A stretch of 63,613 nt of DNA, filler included, from Reclinomonas americana ATCC 50394 (lineage: Eukaryota): the NCBI GenBank assembly GCA_048213135.1. It is 11 parts of 11 records of this genome, joined end to end, with 100 filler letters (N's around TTAATTAATTAA, not from the genome) between each part and the next. Parts side by side here need not be neighbours in the genome. Positions count along the whole stretch, not along the records: positions 51,816 to 54,593 come from AFZH01016983.1; positions 54,694 to 59,432 come from AFZH01016984.1; positions 59,533 to 60,857 come from AFZH01016989.1; positions 60,958 to 63,613 come from AFZH01016990.1; 7 more parts are not named here. The stretch is one strand, 5' to 3'. The position numbers were made by a program, and so were the translations under genes. Positions 51,816-63,385 of this stretch are shown here, one piece after another; the first letter of the stretch is position 1; the number at the start of each line of letters is the position of its first letter. The notes below the pieces were generated by a model. That model was not told the DNA's origin, made no database searches, and saw only the letters and a list, made by a program, of their open reading frames with translations.

Positions 51816-52876
51816 TTCTGCAAGTGCAACGGTGAGCGATCATGAGTGGAGCCCCGAGGTCACTCTGCATGCTGATCATGTTTTGACTTGTTTGCTTCTT
51901 TCCCCCGTCAGACTACGTGTCGTGCAACCTGCACGGAACCTGCAACAGCAGCGGCGCCTGTGTGTGCACTGACGGATGGACGGGTGCTGACTGCAAGACG
52001 GCCCCGCCGCCACCGCCGCCACCGCCGCCGCCACCACCACCACCACCGGCCAGCCCAGTGTCCTGCACACCCGACGCCAACGGCAACGACAGCAAGTGCG
52101 GCGACAACGGCAACTGCCAGAAGGTCGGCTCCGTGTACCAGTGCGTGTGCCACTTGAACTGCATTGGCGGTGTTTGCGTCACGTGGACCGACAGCGCGGC
52201 CGGTGCCTGCTCCGACTGGTCCAACATTGTGCCGGCCGGCAGCTCGTTCGCCGGCAAGACCCTCGGCGAGTGGACTGGCGAGTGGTGGAAGTTCGCCCTC
52301 AGCCGCCCCGTGGCCGTGCATCCCTTTGTTGATGAGACCAAGGACCTGTCGGTGGGCCAGCCTGCCGATCTGTGGTTCCTCGGCGCCTTTGGCTCGTCTC
52401 TGTTGGTCTCGGCCGGCACCACCCGCATCCGCAGCTTCCAGGTTCCCTACGGCAAGGCGCTGATGTTCCCGATCTTCTTGGTCGCCAACTTTGACGACAC
52501 TCGTGTCATCACCGGCAACAACGCGCCCTTCTCCGGCGACCTTGACACGGAGGAGAAGTTTCGCGCGGATCTCACCACGCTGCAGGCCGACCCCGCCAGC
52601 ATCCGCATCATCATCGACGGTGTAACGTTCCCGGTGGCCTTCGGTGGCCGCCTGCGCTCGCAGTCGCCTCTGGTCACGTTCGACATTGTGGCGGGCTCGC
52701 TGGCGGATGGCCTCGGCGACAACTACTGGGCTGCCGACACCACCACTATCGACCTCGTCTCTGACGGCCTCGCCTTCATCGTCAAGTCGCTGACGAAGGG
52801 CTCGCACGTGGTGCGCGCCGAGTCGATTCGTTCCGGCGTGTTCAACGTCCGCGAGTTCCGCCTCACCGTCGTTTAA
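51816..52876 (+). CDS. EGF-like + polyproline + prokaryote-type uncharacterised domain protein, copy A (5' end in gap)
   Basis: CNLHGTCNSSGACVCTDGWTGADC, P14, a second Cys-rich module, then GKTLGEWTGEWWKFALS..WFLG..VPYGKALMFP..DG..LTKGSH..RLTVV*. Confidence 0.8.
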
Positions 52877-53283
52877 GTGTGAAAGCTGGAATAGCGCGTC
52901 TTGAACCAGTACTGCATGTTCTCAACCATGAATTCGAACTTGCAATTGAAACGTGCTGATCTTCATGCATATCAAGGAGAGTTTTGTTGAGGATGACGGA
53001 CCTTGGTGGCCATGGCGTCGTATTTGTTGGTGGTGAGGTTGAAACAGAAGAGAGCTTATACGACGCCATGGCCACCATGGCCACTGCTGCTTCTCGGCGG
53101 ACCCGGACCCGGCTCTGCTTTGTTTGCCTGGCTATGACTTATACCGACATGGGATGCGCCGTGCACGACCGCAGAAAACGCTATGCGTCTATATATGCAA
53201 GTGCGTCAAATCCACTGTTCCACCACGCTTATGCGGTGAAGATCGCAGTTCTCGACTTGTTCGGATCCGGAGCTCCTAGAGCG

Positions 53284-53316
<33 letters not shown>

Positions 53317-53841
53317 GGAACCTGCTGCTGCCTCAAGACTCGTGTTTTGGATATGGTTGAACTTGGTCATTGTTGCTTGTTTGTTGGTAAATTTAAAGAC
53401 ACGGGTCAATTTAAATGAATTTGTTGTTGCTCCCGACCGCAGCGCAGTCGCAACTTGAGAGAGTACCCGCATGCGCAGCGTGACTTCGAACTCTTTGGGA
53501 GTAATATGTTGTAGACTTTTGCGCAGCGCTGCTGCAGCACAAGTAAGCGATGCACGAGCATTCGGAGACGACCCTGCTGCGGTCATGATCGTCGCAGGCC
53601 GCGGATCCGGACGCTGCGGACTTTTCCTTCCTTTTTTTTTGCCGGTTTCTCTTTTCTCTCCACACTTTGCAATCGTCAGTTGCCTAGATAGCTGTGCCTG
53701 CATCTGGCGTGGTCTGTGCTGTGGGAGCGGAGACGCACATCCGCACGGTGCCATTCTCCACGCTGCGCAGCGCTAGCTAGCGCATGCAGTTGCAACGCGT
53801 ATGAGCGTCGGAAATATTCGTGTGTTCGCGTCCGCTCGCAC

Positions 53842-53901
<60 letters not shown>

Positions 53902-54027
53902 TGCATGGGATCATGCCGTACGAGTGAGTGGGTACGATGCTGTTGAACGAGTGCGTGAGTGTGAGAGATCGCGATCGCCATCATGATTGCAAGTTTGTGC
54001 ACGTGGTTTGTGATTGTGTGTGTGTTG

Positions 54028-54071
<44 letters not shown>

Positions 54072-54409
54072 GTGTACATATATATATGTGTGTGTGTGTG
54101 TGCGTGCGTGTACTTGTGTGTGTGTGTGTGCAAAAACCGCTGTGCATGCATGCATGCGAATCTGGTTTTGCGTGCATGTGCATGCCTTGGCCCAGCTTTC
54201 TTCTTCCCTGCTTTCTTCCCATCCTTTGTGTCTCATGACAAGAAGACACAAAGAATCTGCTGCGCCGTGAGCCATACGGAGTTGCACGACACCAAATATG
54301 GGGTGTTTTACGTTGCCATAAATGGCTCGTTCATTTTTCCGGAAAACCAATGCATGACAGTTTTTCCGCATTCTTTTTCTTTTCCTTGCAGTGCAGGAGC
54401 ACAGACAAC

Positions 54410-55750
54410 ATGACCCACTCTCCTCCTCGGCCTCACAGTGGCCATTCTCCTCGTGGCCACCGGCCACACTGTCTCGGCGCAGGGCGGCAACTGCGCTGCC
54501 GACCGCAGCCTCTGCAACCCGAATGGTTTCTGCAACTCCAGCAACGTGTGCGAGTGCAACTTCAACTGCTACAACTTTGGCGGCAACGACAATNNNNNNN
54601 NNNNNNNNNNNNNNNNNNNNNNNNNNNNNNNNNNNNNTTAATTAATTAANNNNNNNNNNNNNNNNNNNNNNNNNNNNNNNNNNNNNNNNNNNNTTCTGCA
54701 AGTGCAACGGTGAGCGATCATGAGTGGAGCCCCGAGGTCACTCTGCATGCTGAATTGACATGCATTCCCTTCTTTCCCCCGCCAGACTACGTGTCGTGCA
54801 ACCTGCACGGAACCTGCAACAGCAGCGGCGCCTGCGTGTGCACTGACGGATGGACGGGCGCTGACTGCAAGACGGCCCCGCCGCCACCGCCGCCACCGCC
54901 GCCGCCACCACCACCACCACCGGCCAGCCCCGTGTCCTGCACACCCGACGCCAACGGCAACGACAGCAAGTGCGGCGACAACGGCAACTGCCAGAAGGTC
55001 GGCTCCGTGTACCAGTGCGTGTGCCACTTGAACTGCGTTGGCGGCGTTTGCGTCACGTGGACCGACAGCGCGGCCGGTGCCTGCTCCGACTGGTCCAACA
55101 TTGTGCCGGCCGGCAGCTCGTTCGCCGGCAAGACCCTCGGCGAGTGGACTGGGGAGTCGTGGAAGTTCGCCCTCAGCCGCCCTGTGGCCGTGCACCCCTT
55201 TGTTGATGAGACCCAGGACCTGTCGGTGGGCCAGCCTGCCGATCTGTGGTTCCTCGGCGCTTATGGCTCGTCTGTTTCGGTGTCGCCCGGCAACGTCCGC
55301 ATCCGCAACTTCAAGGTTCCCTATGGCAAGGCTTTGTTCTTCCCCATCTTCATGGTCGCCAACTTTGACGACACTCGTGTCATCACCGGCAACAACGCGC
55401 CCTTCTTCGGCGTCCTTGACACGGAGGCGAAGCTCCGCGCGGATCTCACCACTCAGCAGGCCGACCCCGCCAGCATCCGCATCATCATCGACGGTGTGAC
55501 GTTCCCAGCGGCCTTCGCCAGCCGCCTGCGCTCGCAGTCGCCTCTGGTCACGTTCGACATTGTGGCGGGCTCGCTGGTCGATGGCCTCGGCGACGACTTC
55601 TGGGCTGCCGACACCACCGCTATCGACCTCGTCTCCGACGGCTTCGCCTTCATCGTGAAGTCGCTGACGAAGGGCTCGCACGTGGTGCGCGCCGAGTCGA
55701 CCTACAACGGTGCGTTCAACGTCCGCGAGTACCGCCTCACCGTCGTCTAA
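54410..55750 (+). CDS. Secreted EGF-like + polyproline + prokaryote-type domain protein, copy B (spans gap)
   Basis: Signal peptide MT(T)LLLGLTVAILLVATGHTVSA requires removing one C right after ATG; Cys-rich module; main exon 54786-55750 is a close paralog of copy A. Confidence 0.78.
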
Positions 55751-56432
55751 GTGCGAGAGCTGGAAGAGCACGTCTGTTAACCTCTGCATGTGGTCACCAC
55801 GTGCATCAATGAACTGGCAGCGTGCTGATCTCATATCCAGGAGAGTATTGTTGCTGTGCGTCGTGGAAGTAGGCAGCGACAAACACAGGGAGAGACGGGA
55901 GGGCGATCAACATCGCGTCGACCAACCATATGCCGCTCTCGGTCGCGATCGCGATCGGGTTCCGGATCCGTCACACGTCGCATACTGTAACAATGACACC
56001 ACGAGTAGCACATGACCAGTAATGGTGCCTTGGTTGGTGACGGCGTCTCACCTGATCTTCATCGCAGTTTCTCCGACTTCACCCTTGCGATCACTGGAAA
56101 CGCATCGGTTACTTTTCTTTCGCGAACTGATCACAGCCACTGGCACGCTGCATCGTCCTTTCTGTGTTTTTCGAGGTACGCCAGTGGCTCAGCAGATTGG
56201 TGTCAGACACGAGCACAGCGCTGCGTGGGAAAGTCGGAGCGCTGTCATGACAAGAAAATCAACTTTTTCGACTGCGCATGCAACAACGAACCGCCTCTGT
56301 TGTCATGTGCCGCACATCATTCCACAGAGTGAAGCACGCGCTCTCTGCTTAATAGCGAGTGTGGACGCCAAGTGCGTTGTTACTCCATCCATTCGTTCAT
56401 CTGAGCGAGCGCATCAAATTCACTTGTCTTCC

Positions 56433-57014
56433 ATGAGTGCCACGGATAGCGGCATGTTTCCTCTGCTCGACTGCGCGCCTGCAGATCGTCAGCGTGTGTG
56501 GGCGCAACAACGTCGCACGACCACGTTGTCGGCCACAGCGCAGCGACGAGTGCGCGTTCTGCTGGGACACTTGTCCACGACGAGTGATAACAACGAGAAG
56601 AAGAAGAAGAAGGAGGAGCAGCAGCACAGTCTCTTGCGCTTTCAGTGCAGTGTGGTGTGGCGACTGCGAGATGTGACACGTGTGAGACGGATGCATGTGC
56701 TGGTGGCAGATGCGCGCTTGTCACTGGTGCAGTGGTGGGTGGGCGAGAGGCGCGCGGATGTGTGGTATGATGTGATTGTGGCGAGTGATGTCAGCGAGGT
56801 GGAGGTGGAGGCGCACAGTGTGTGTCACTCGCGAGGGGTGCTGCTGGTGCCGAGTGATGTGCGGTTGGATGAGAGGGTGTGGCGGTTGGTGGCGAGGCGC
56901 AGGTGGATTTGCGAGTATGAGTTGGTGGGGAGGGTGGGGTCGGTGTTGGTGGAGGGGGAGAGGTTGGGTGAGGTGCCGCCGGTGTTGATGCGGATGAGGG
57001 ATGCGCTAAGGTGA
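56433..57014 (+). CDS. Hypothetical protein with possible PTS2 peroxisomal signal
   Basis: Open frame from ATG 56433; contains RVRVLLGHL near the N-terminus; no family recognised. Confidence 0.4.
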   Translation: MSATDSGMFPLLDCAPADRQRVWAQQRRTTTLSATAQRRVRVLLGHLSTTSDNNEKKKKKEEQQHSLLRFQCSVVWRLRDVTRVRRMHVLVADARLSLVQWWVGERRADVWYDVIVASDVSEVEVEAHSVCHSRGVLLVPSDVRLDERVWRLVARRRWICEYELVGRVGSVLVEGERLGEVPPVLMRMRDALR

Positions 57015-57299
57015 AGGGAAGGACGGACACAGCCTCTGATAGGAAAAGGGAAGTGAACGGGAGGTGGACGGAAAAGAAGAGCGGTGTTGACCGGAAGACA
57101 TGAATGGTGAAGGACGGAGAGGGAGAGTGGTGGCTTGACTCACCGAGGGAGACAAGGGGGATACAGTCTCTGCAGGCGGATGAGCTGTGTTGGTCGTTGT
57201 TGGGTCAGTGAAGTACGGTGGTGATGCGCTCATGAGGAGGAGTCTGTCTCGGGAATGACGCCATGGCTGACAAGCACTTGCCACGCATTGTTGACGTTG

Positions 57300-57845
57300 G
57301 AGAAGAGTATGGTGGCGATGCACAGGAAGACGCGAACGACAAAGGAAGGGGTTTGGCTGAACGAGAGGAGGCAATAGGGAAGCAGCCTGTGATAGGATAA
57401 GGCGATGAGCTGTTTGGTTGACGGAAAAAGGAAGAGGAGGACGAATATGACGACATCGTTGACAAGGACGAGGAGATGAGACAGAGGGGCTGGAGAAGAG
57501 AGCACGTGGCGGTGCACCGGAGGATGCGAACGATTGACGGGAGAGGGAGGAAGGAGTCTTGCCTCAAGGCAGGGCACAGCCTCTGCAACGGATGCAGAGG
57601 AGAGGACGGAGGTGGGTGAGCTAGTTTGGTCGACCGATGTGAACCGAGGCGGAGGAGTCGCCACGGAGATGACGCCGTGGTTGACGAGCACGAGGGGATG
57701 AGAGAGAGAGGGGGTGGAGAAGAGAGCACGTGGCGGTGCACAGGAAGACGCGAACGATGAAGGGGAGATGGCGGAAGGAGTCTTGCCTCAAGGCGGGGCA
57801 CAGCCTCTGCAACGGATGTAGAGGCGAGGACGGAGGTGGGTGAGG
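57300..57845. repeat. Degenerate ~225-bp intergenic direct repeat
   Basis: GAAGAGAGCACGTGGCGGTGCAC...GGAGTCTTGCCTCAAGGC.GGGCACAGCCTCTGCAACGGATG...GGACGGAGGTGGGTGAG at ~57495 and ~57720, partial copy at ~57310. Confidence 0.75.
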
Positions 57846-58190
57846 GTGACTGAAAGCACGAGTGGATGAAGGAGATGGGTGCTTGCGGATGATGATTGTG
57901 TGGGAGGAGACAGCATGGTGGCGGTGCGCATGAAACATGAACGGTGCAGGACGGAGTGGGAGAAGCAGTGAGTGGAGGCAAGCAGGACACTGTCTCGGGC
58001 ACGGTTGAGTGGCGAAGTGAGGAAGTATGACTGAATGAATATGGCACTGAGAAAAGGCTCTTGAAAACAAGACACAGTTTGAGCAAAACAACTCGATCCA
58101 CTGTACTGCCGCACGGCTTATAAACATTGTTTGTGTGTGTGAGAGAGGGGGAAAAACAGGAGGCGAGAGACACATTGTGTTAGAGAGGGT

Positions 58191-59070
58191 TCAGCAGCAG
58201 CCCTTCTTTCGTGGTGGCGGATCCCGGCAAAAGTCCTCAATGTCGCCCTTGATGGAGGCCTGGGGGGACAACGGGTGTGAGACCACGAAATCTATCCACT
58301 GTCCTCTGCTCTGAGCGCACACACCTGCAACTGTTTTTGCTGCTCGTCTAGCCGGTCCATGATGTGCTCCGTCATGGTCAAAAACACTCGCGCCACATTC
58401 ACGTCGTCCTTTGCCGATGTCTCCACGTACTCCATGCCAAACTCGCCGGCCAGTGATGCTGCGTCCTTGGTGGCCACCACCTGCGGCAGCGACCGTGAGT
58501 GACGGGGAGGGACTCGAGAACGGCGTGTGTGGAAGACGCACTCGCTTGTCCTCCATGTCGCACTTGTTGCCGACGAGCAGTTTGCACACGTCGGGCGCAG
58601 CGTGCATGTCAATGTTCTTCATCCAGTTCCTCACGTTACCGAAGGAGGATTCCTTGGTGATGTCGAACCTGAGTGCAAAAAGGAAGGAGATGAACAATGT
58701 AAGTGGGAAAGGGATAAAGAGGACAGCGGACGCAACACGAGGAGGATGCCCATGGCGCCGCGGTAGTATGCTGCACGGGTGGGGAGGTGAGAGTTGTCAG
58801 GGCGGAACCGGGAGAGCGAGGGAGTGATGCGCAGACCTGTGGTAATCGTGCGGAATCGCTCTTGGCCGGCCGTGTCCCAGATTTGCAGCTTGACCTTCTT
58901 TTGTCGCACCTCCAGTGTCTTGATCTTGAAGTCGATGCCGATGGTACTGACGAAATTGGGCTGGCGAAAAGGGGGTGAGGGAAGGGGAAGGGGCAAAGGG
59001 GAAAGGGGGAAGAGGCTCACGGAAAATGTGTTGTCGCTGAATCGCATCAACAGGCAGCTCTTGCCGACGG
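58191..59070 (-). CDS. Rab8/Sec4-like small GTPase, multi-exon; first exon not identified
   Basis: [79 protein letters not shown]. Confidence 0.9.
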
Positions 59071-59684
59071 CTGTGAAGGAAGGGAGGGGGGAGGAGGTAA
59101 GAGAGGGCACGGATAGATTTGTCGACCAGAGTGGACACATCGATCAGAGCACTTGACAGATCGCACATGAACGACGGGTAGACCACAGAGGGAGGGAGGG
59201 AGACAAAACGCACAAGGTTGAAGCAAGACGCTCGGATGGAAGACAAAATCTCACGCAGCAACGATGAAAAAGGAGAGGCGGGAGAGAGAGAGAGAGAGAG
59301 GAGGAGAGAAGGAGGAGGAGTATTAGATACGAAGTTCGTTGACCGTAAACCACATCCGGACCGGAAAGGGTAGGGAAGGAACAGCACACACACTAAGAAC
59401 AAGAGAGAACGTCGTTCGTAGAACGATGTGAANNNNNNNNNNNNNNNNNNNNNNNNNNNNNNNNNNNNNNNNNNNNTTAATTAATTAANNNNNNNNNNNN
59501 NNNNNNNNNNNNNNNNNNNNNNNNNNNNNNNNTCGGAAATAGATTTAAGGACACGGATTCTGTCAACGTCGATCGGCCCTTCAGCGCTGCATGACTTTCA
59601 CTGCATATCACAACAAAGACGACCTCGAAACGCAAAGAAACGTACAAAAAGAAAACAACGGCAAAAGCACAGGAAAGCAAACAA

Positions 59685-60782
59685 TCACAAACGGAGACGG
59701 TCGTCGGTGAAACAGCGATGAACAACAACTTCGGCCTCCTCGAACAGGAAGCAACGCATCACAATCTCTGGGAGGCAGCGCGGATCTTCGTCTTCTACCT
59801 CTTCGTCTTCTTCCTGCATCTCCTGCACAGCGCACATGGCCGCCCGGGCACAGTCGAGCTCCTGGCAAGCGAGACCGCATGGTGAAGACCACACACGCAC
59901 GGTGGAGTCACAGCTCCCGCTTACAATGTGCTGCCCGTCAGGTGAAATGGCAACCGACCACACGTAGTTTGTGTGTCCCTCCAGCCGTCGCACCTCCTCT
60001 CCACTCTCCATAGACCACACTCGCACGGTCTTGTCTTGACTCCCACTCACGATGTGTTGCCCGTCAGGAGTGATGGCCACGGTGCGCACCCAGTCAAAGT
60101 GACCCTCAAGCCGTCGCTCCTCCTCTCCGCTCGCCATTGACCACACGCGGACAGTGCTGTCACTGCTCCCACTGACAATGAGCTCTCCATCGAGAGCGAC
60201 GGCGACGGAAAAGACGAGACCAGTGTGCCCCTGCAGTCGGCGCACCTCCTCGCCAGTCCCCAATGACCATACTCGCACTGAGTAATCATACGAGCCACTA
60301 CCACTCACAATGTGCTGGTCATCGGCGGTGACGGCGACAGACCACACCGCCCCAGTGTGTCCTTCCAACCGTCGTACTTCTCTGCCACTCACCAACAACC
60401 ACACGCGCACAGTTGTGTCGGCACTTCCGCTCACAACGTACTCGCCGTTGCGTGTGATGGCGACAGAGTACACGGCATCCTTGTGCCCCACCAAACGTCG
60501 CACTTCCTTCCCGCTCGCCAGCGACCACACTCGCACCACTCCGTCTGTATTCCCACTCACAACGTACTGGCCATCGGGAGTGACGGTGATGCACTTTACC
60601 CAGTGCGAGTGCTCATTCAACAATCGCACTTGCTCTCCTCGCGCCAGTGACCACACGCGCACAGTTCTGTCATCATTCCCGGTCACAATGTGCCGACCGT
60701 CAGGAGTGATGGCCACTGATCGTACAGCGCGACTGTGGCCACGCAGACACTTGCACGGGAGGGAAGGGAGAGGCGAGGTCAT
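59685..60782 (-). CDS. Intronless WD40 protein copy 7
   Basis: 7 repeats + tail PCGLACQELDCARAA..PRCLPEIVMRCFLFEEAEVVVHRCFTDDRLRL. Confidence 0.9.
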   Translation of the reverse strand: MTSPLPSLPCKCLRGHSRAVRSVAITPDGRHIVTGNDDRTVRVWSLARGEQVRLLNEHSHWVKCITVTPDGQYVVSGNTDGVVRVWSLASGKEVRRLVGHKDAVYSVAITRNGEYVVSGSADTTVRVWLLVSGREVRRLEGHTGAVWSVAVTADDQHIVSGSGSYDYSVRVWSLGTGEEVRRLQGHTGLVFSVAVALDGELIVSGSSDSTVRVWSMASGEEERRLEGHFDWVRTVAITPDGQHIVSGSQDKTVRVWSMESGEEVRRLEGHTNYVWSVAISPDGQHIVSGSCDSTVRVWSSPCGLACQELDCARAAMCAVQEMQEEDEEVEDEDPRCLPEIVMRCFLFEEAEVVVHRCFTDDRLRL

Positions 60783-61036
60783 TGTGAAGAGATGAAGAAG
60801 TAATTGTTGTGCAGGACGTTTTGCACATGCCCTTCAACAGGGCATGGCATGGCTTTCNNNNNNNNNNNNNNNNNNNNNNNNNNNNNNNNNNNNNNNNNNN
60901 NTTAATTAATTAANNNNNNNNNNNNNNNNNNNNNNNNNNNNNNNNNNNNNNNNNNNNTGGCTGTCATTGTGTTTCACAACAAGGATGCCATATGCATGCA
61001 CAAAGAAACAACAGCTAAAGCGCAAAAAACAAATGA

Positions 61037-62143
61037 TCACCAGCGAAGGAGACGGTCGTCCACGAAACAGCGATGCACAATGACTTCGGCCTCCTCGACC
61101 AGGAAGCAGCGCAGCACGACCTCTGGTAAGCAGCGCGGATCTTCGCCACCCTCTCCGCCGTCGTCCTGCATCTCTTGCACAGCGCTCATGGTCAAGCACG
61201 CGCAAGAGAGCTCTAGTTGAGCGAGACCACATGGCGTGGACCACACTCGCACAGTGGTGTCATGACTCGAGCTCCCACTTGCAATGTACTGACCGTCGCG
61301 AGAGACGGCAACCGATGTAACCTCTCCTGTGTGTCCCGACAACTGCCTTCTCTCCTCGCCGTTCGCGAGGGACCACACTCGCACCGTCTTGTCGCCACTC
61401 CCACTCACTACGAGCTCGTTGTCGGGAGTCACGGCGACAGACGACACCCACTCAGTGTGCCCTTCCAGCAGTCGCACTTCTTTCCCTGTCGCCAGCGACC
61501 ACACTCGCACTTTCCTGTCACTGCTCCCGCTCACTATAAACTTACCATCGGCGGAGGTGGCGACAGAATACACCGGACCAGTGTGTCCCCGCATCTGCCA
61601 CACATCCTCACCGGTCACCATTGACCAGACTCGCACCGTGTTGTCAAACAAGCCGCCACCGCTCACAATGTGCATGGCGTCGGAAGTGACGGCGACAGAA
61701 CGCACCGCCCCAGTGTGTCCTTCCAACTGTCGCACTTCGCTGCCACTCGCCAGCGACCACACGCGCACTGTCTTGTCGGCACTTCCACTCACAACGTACT
61801 CACCATCGCGCGTGACAACGGCAGAGAACACCACATCCTTGTGCCCTTCGAGTCGTCGCACTTCCTCCCCGCTCGCCAGAGACCACACTCGCACGGTTCC
61901 GTCTGCGCTGCCACTCACAATGTGCTTGCCGTCGGGAGCAATGACGACGGACCACACCCAGTTGGTGTGCCCCACCAGCAGACGTACTTGTTGTCCACTC
62001 GCCAGTGACCACACGCGCATTGTTTTATCTCGGCCACCACTCACCACGTGTTGGCCGTCGAGAGTGAAGGCGACGGAGAGCACCCCTCGTGTGTGCGTTT
62101 GTATGCACTTGCAGGGAAGGAGGGGAGGAGGAGGCGAGGTCAT
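61037..62143 (-). CDS. Intronless WD40 protein copy 8
   Basis: 7 repeats + conserved tail; intact ORF. Confidence 0.9.
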   Translation of the reverse strand: MTSPPPPLLPCKCIQTHTRGVLSVAFTLDGQHVVSGGRDKTMRVWSLASGQQVRLLVGHTNWVWSVVIAPDGKHIVSGSADGTVRVWSLASGEEVRRLEGHKDVVFSAVVTRDGEYVVSGSADKTVRVWSLASGSEVRQLEGHTGAVRSVAVTSDAMHIVSGGGLFDNTVRVWSMVTGEDVWQMRGHTGPVYSVATSADGKFIVSGSSDRKVRVWSLATGKEVRLLEGHTEWVSSVAVTPDNELVVSGSGDKTVRVWSLANGEERRQLSGHTGEVTSVAVSRDGQYIASGSSSHDTTVRVWSTPCGLAQLELSCACLTMSAVQEMQDDGGEGGEDPRCLPEVVLRCFLVEEAEVIVHRCFVDDRLLRW

Positions 62144-62278
62144 GGTGCTTGTGCGTGCGAGATGACGGTGTTGTGAGAATCACGGGACAACTTCGAACAC
62201 CTTGCTCCATCACAGCATGCCATACATTATCGTGCAAGGCGCGTAGATGAAAACGAAAGATGAGGAACAACCAGACAA

Positions 62279-63385
62279 TCACCAACGGCGACGATCGTCC
62301 ACGAAACAGCGATGAACAACGACCTCTGCATCCTCGACCAGAAAGCAGCGCATCACAATCTCCACGAGACAGCGCGGATCATCGTCATCGTCCCCGTCTT
62401 CTACTAGCATCTCCTGCACAGCCAGCATGGCCGCCCGCGCACAGTCGAGCTCCTGACGCGCGAGACTGCACGCGGAAGACCACACTCGCACGGTGCCGTC
62501 AAGGCTGCCGCTGACAATATACTGAGCGTCGGAAGAGACGGCAACGGATTGCACCGTATTAGTGTGCCCTTCGAGCATTCGTACTTCTTGTCCACTCGCC
62601 AGCGACCACACCCGCACGGTCATGCCTCGAGTACCGCTCACAACGTATTGACCGTCGAGAGTGACGGCGACAGAACGCACCGCGTCAGAGTGTTGCAACC
62701 GCTGCACCTCTTCCCCTGTCGCTAGTGACCACACTCGCGCTGTCGCGTCACTGCTCCCGCTCACGACATGCTGACCATCAGGCGTGAAGGCGACAGAATA
62801 TACAGGACCATTGCGACCCGGCAACTGCCGCACCTCCTCGCCGGTCATCATAAACCATACACGCACGGAGTTGTCAAACAAGCCGCCACCACTCACAACG
62901 TGCTGGGCATCGGCGGTAACGGCGACAGAATTTACCCATCCAGCGTGTCCCTTCAACTGTCGCACTTCGTCTCCTCTCTCAAGTGACCACACTCGCACTG
63001 TCGCGTCCGTACACCCACTCACGATGTGCTGTCCATCCAGAGTGACAGCGACGCACGTCACCCACCCTGTATGTCCCTTCAACCGTCGTACTTCTTCCCC
63101 GTTCTCGAATGACCACACCCGCACTGTTGTGTCAGCACTCCCGCTCACCACGTGTGCACCATCGGGAGTGATGGCGACAGACGACACTCCGCCACCGTGC
63201 CCCTCCAACCGTCGCTCCTCCTTGCCACTCGCCAGTGACCACACTCGCACTGTCATGTCGTCACTCCCACTCACCACGTGGTGGCCGTCGGGAGTAAGTG
63301 CAACAGAGTGCACGTATCCAGTGTGGCCACGCAGGCACTTGCATGCGAGAGGAGGAGAAGGAGGAAGAGAAGGAGTCGACGCCAT
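62279..63385 (-). CDS. Intronless WD40 protein copy 9
   Basis: Starts MASTPSLPPSPPLACKCL; 7 repeats + conserved tail. Confidence 0.9.
   Translation of the reverse strand: MASTPSLPPSPPLACKCLRGHTGYVHSVALTPDGHHVVSGSDDMTVRVWSLASGKEERRLEGHGGGVSSVAITPDGAHVVSGSADTTVRVWSFENGEEVRRLKGHTGWVTCVAVTLDGQHIVSGCTDATVRVWSLERGDEVRQLKGHAGWVNSVAVTADAQHVVSGGGLFDNSVRVWFMMTGEEVRQLPGRNGPVYSVAFTPDGQHVVSGSSDATARVWSLATGEEVQRLQHSDAVRSVAVTLDGQYVVSGTRGMTVRVWSLASGQEVRMLEGHTNTVQSVAVSSDAQYIVSGSLDGTVRVWSSACSLARQELDCARAAMLAVQEMLVEDGDDDDDPRCLVEIVMRCFLVEDAEVVVHRCFVDDRRRW

Noticed and set aside
51908..52807. Long antisense ORFs over real genes (also 54638-55882, 61329-62165, 4618-5502)
   Set aside because: Shadow frames of GC3-rich coding sequence with no recognisable motifs.
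53236..53275. KIAVLDLFGSG as DNA methyltransferase motif I
   Set aside because: No FxGxGG and no downstream PC or ENV motifs; the frame is interrupted by a microsatellite.
54410..54420. Frameshift just after the ATG of EGF copy B, read as pseudogenisation or programmed frameshifting
   Set aside because: One extra C in a short run near a contig end; a sequencing error is more likely.
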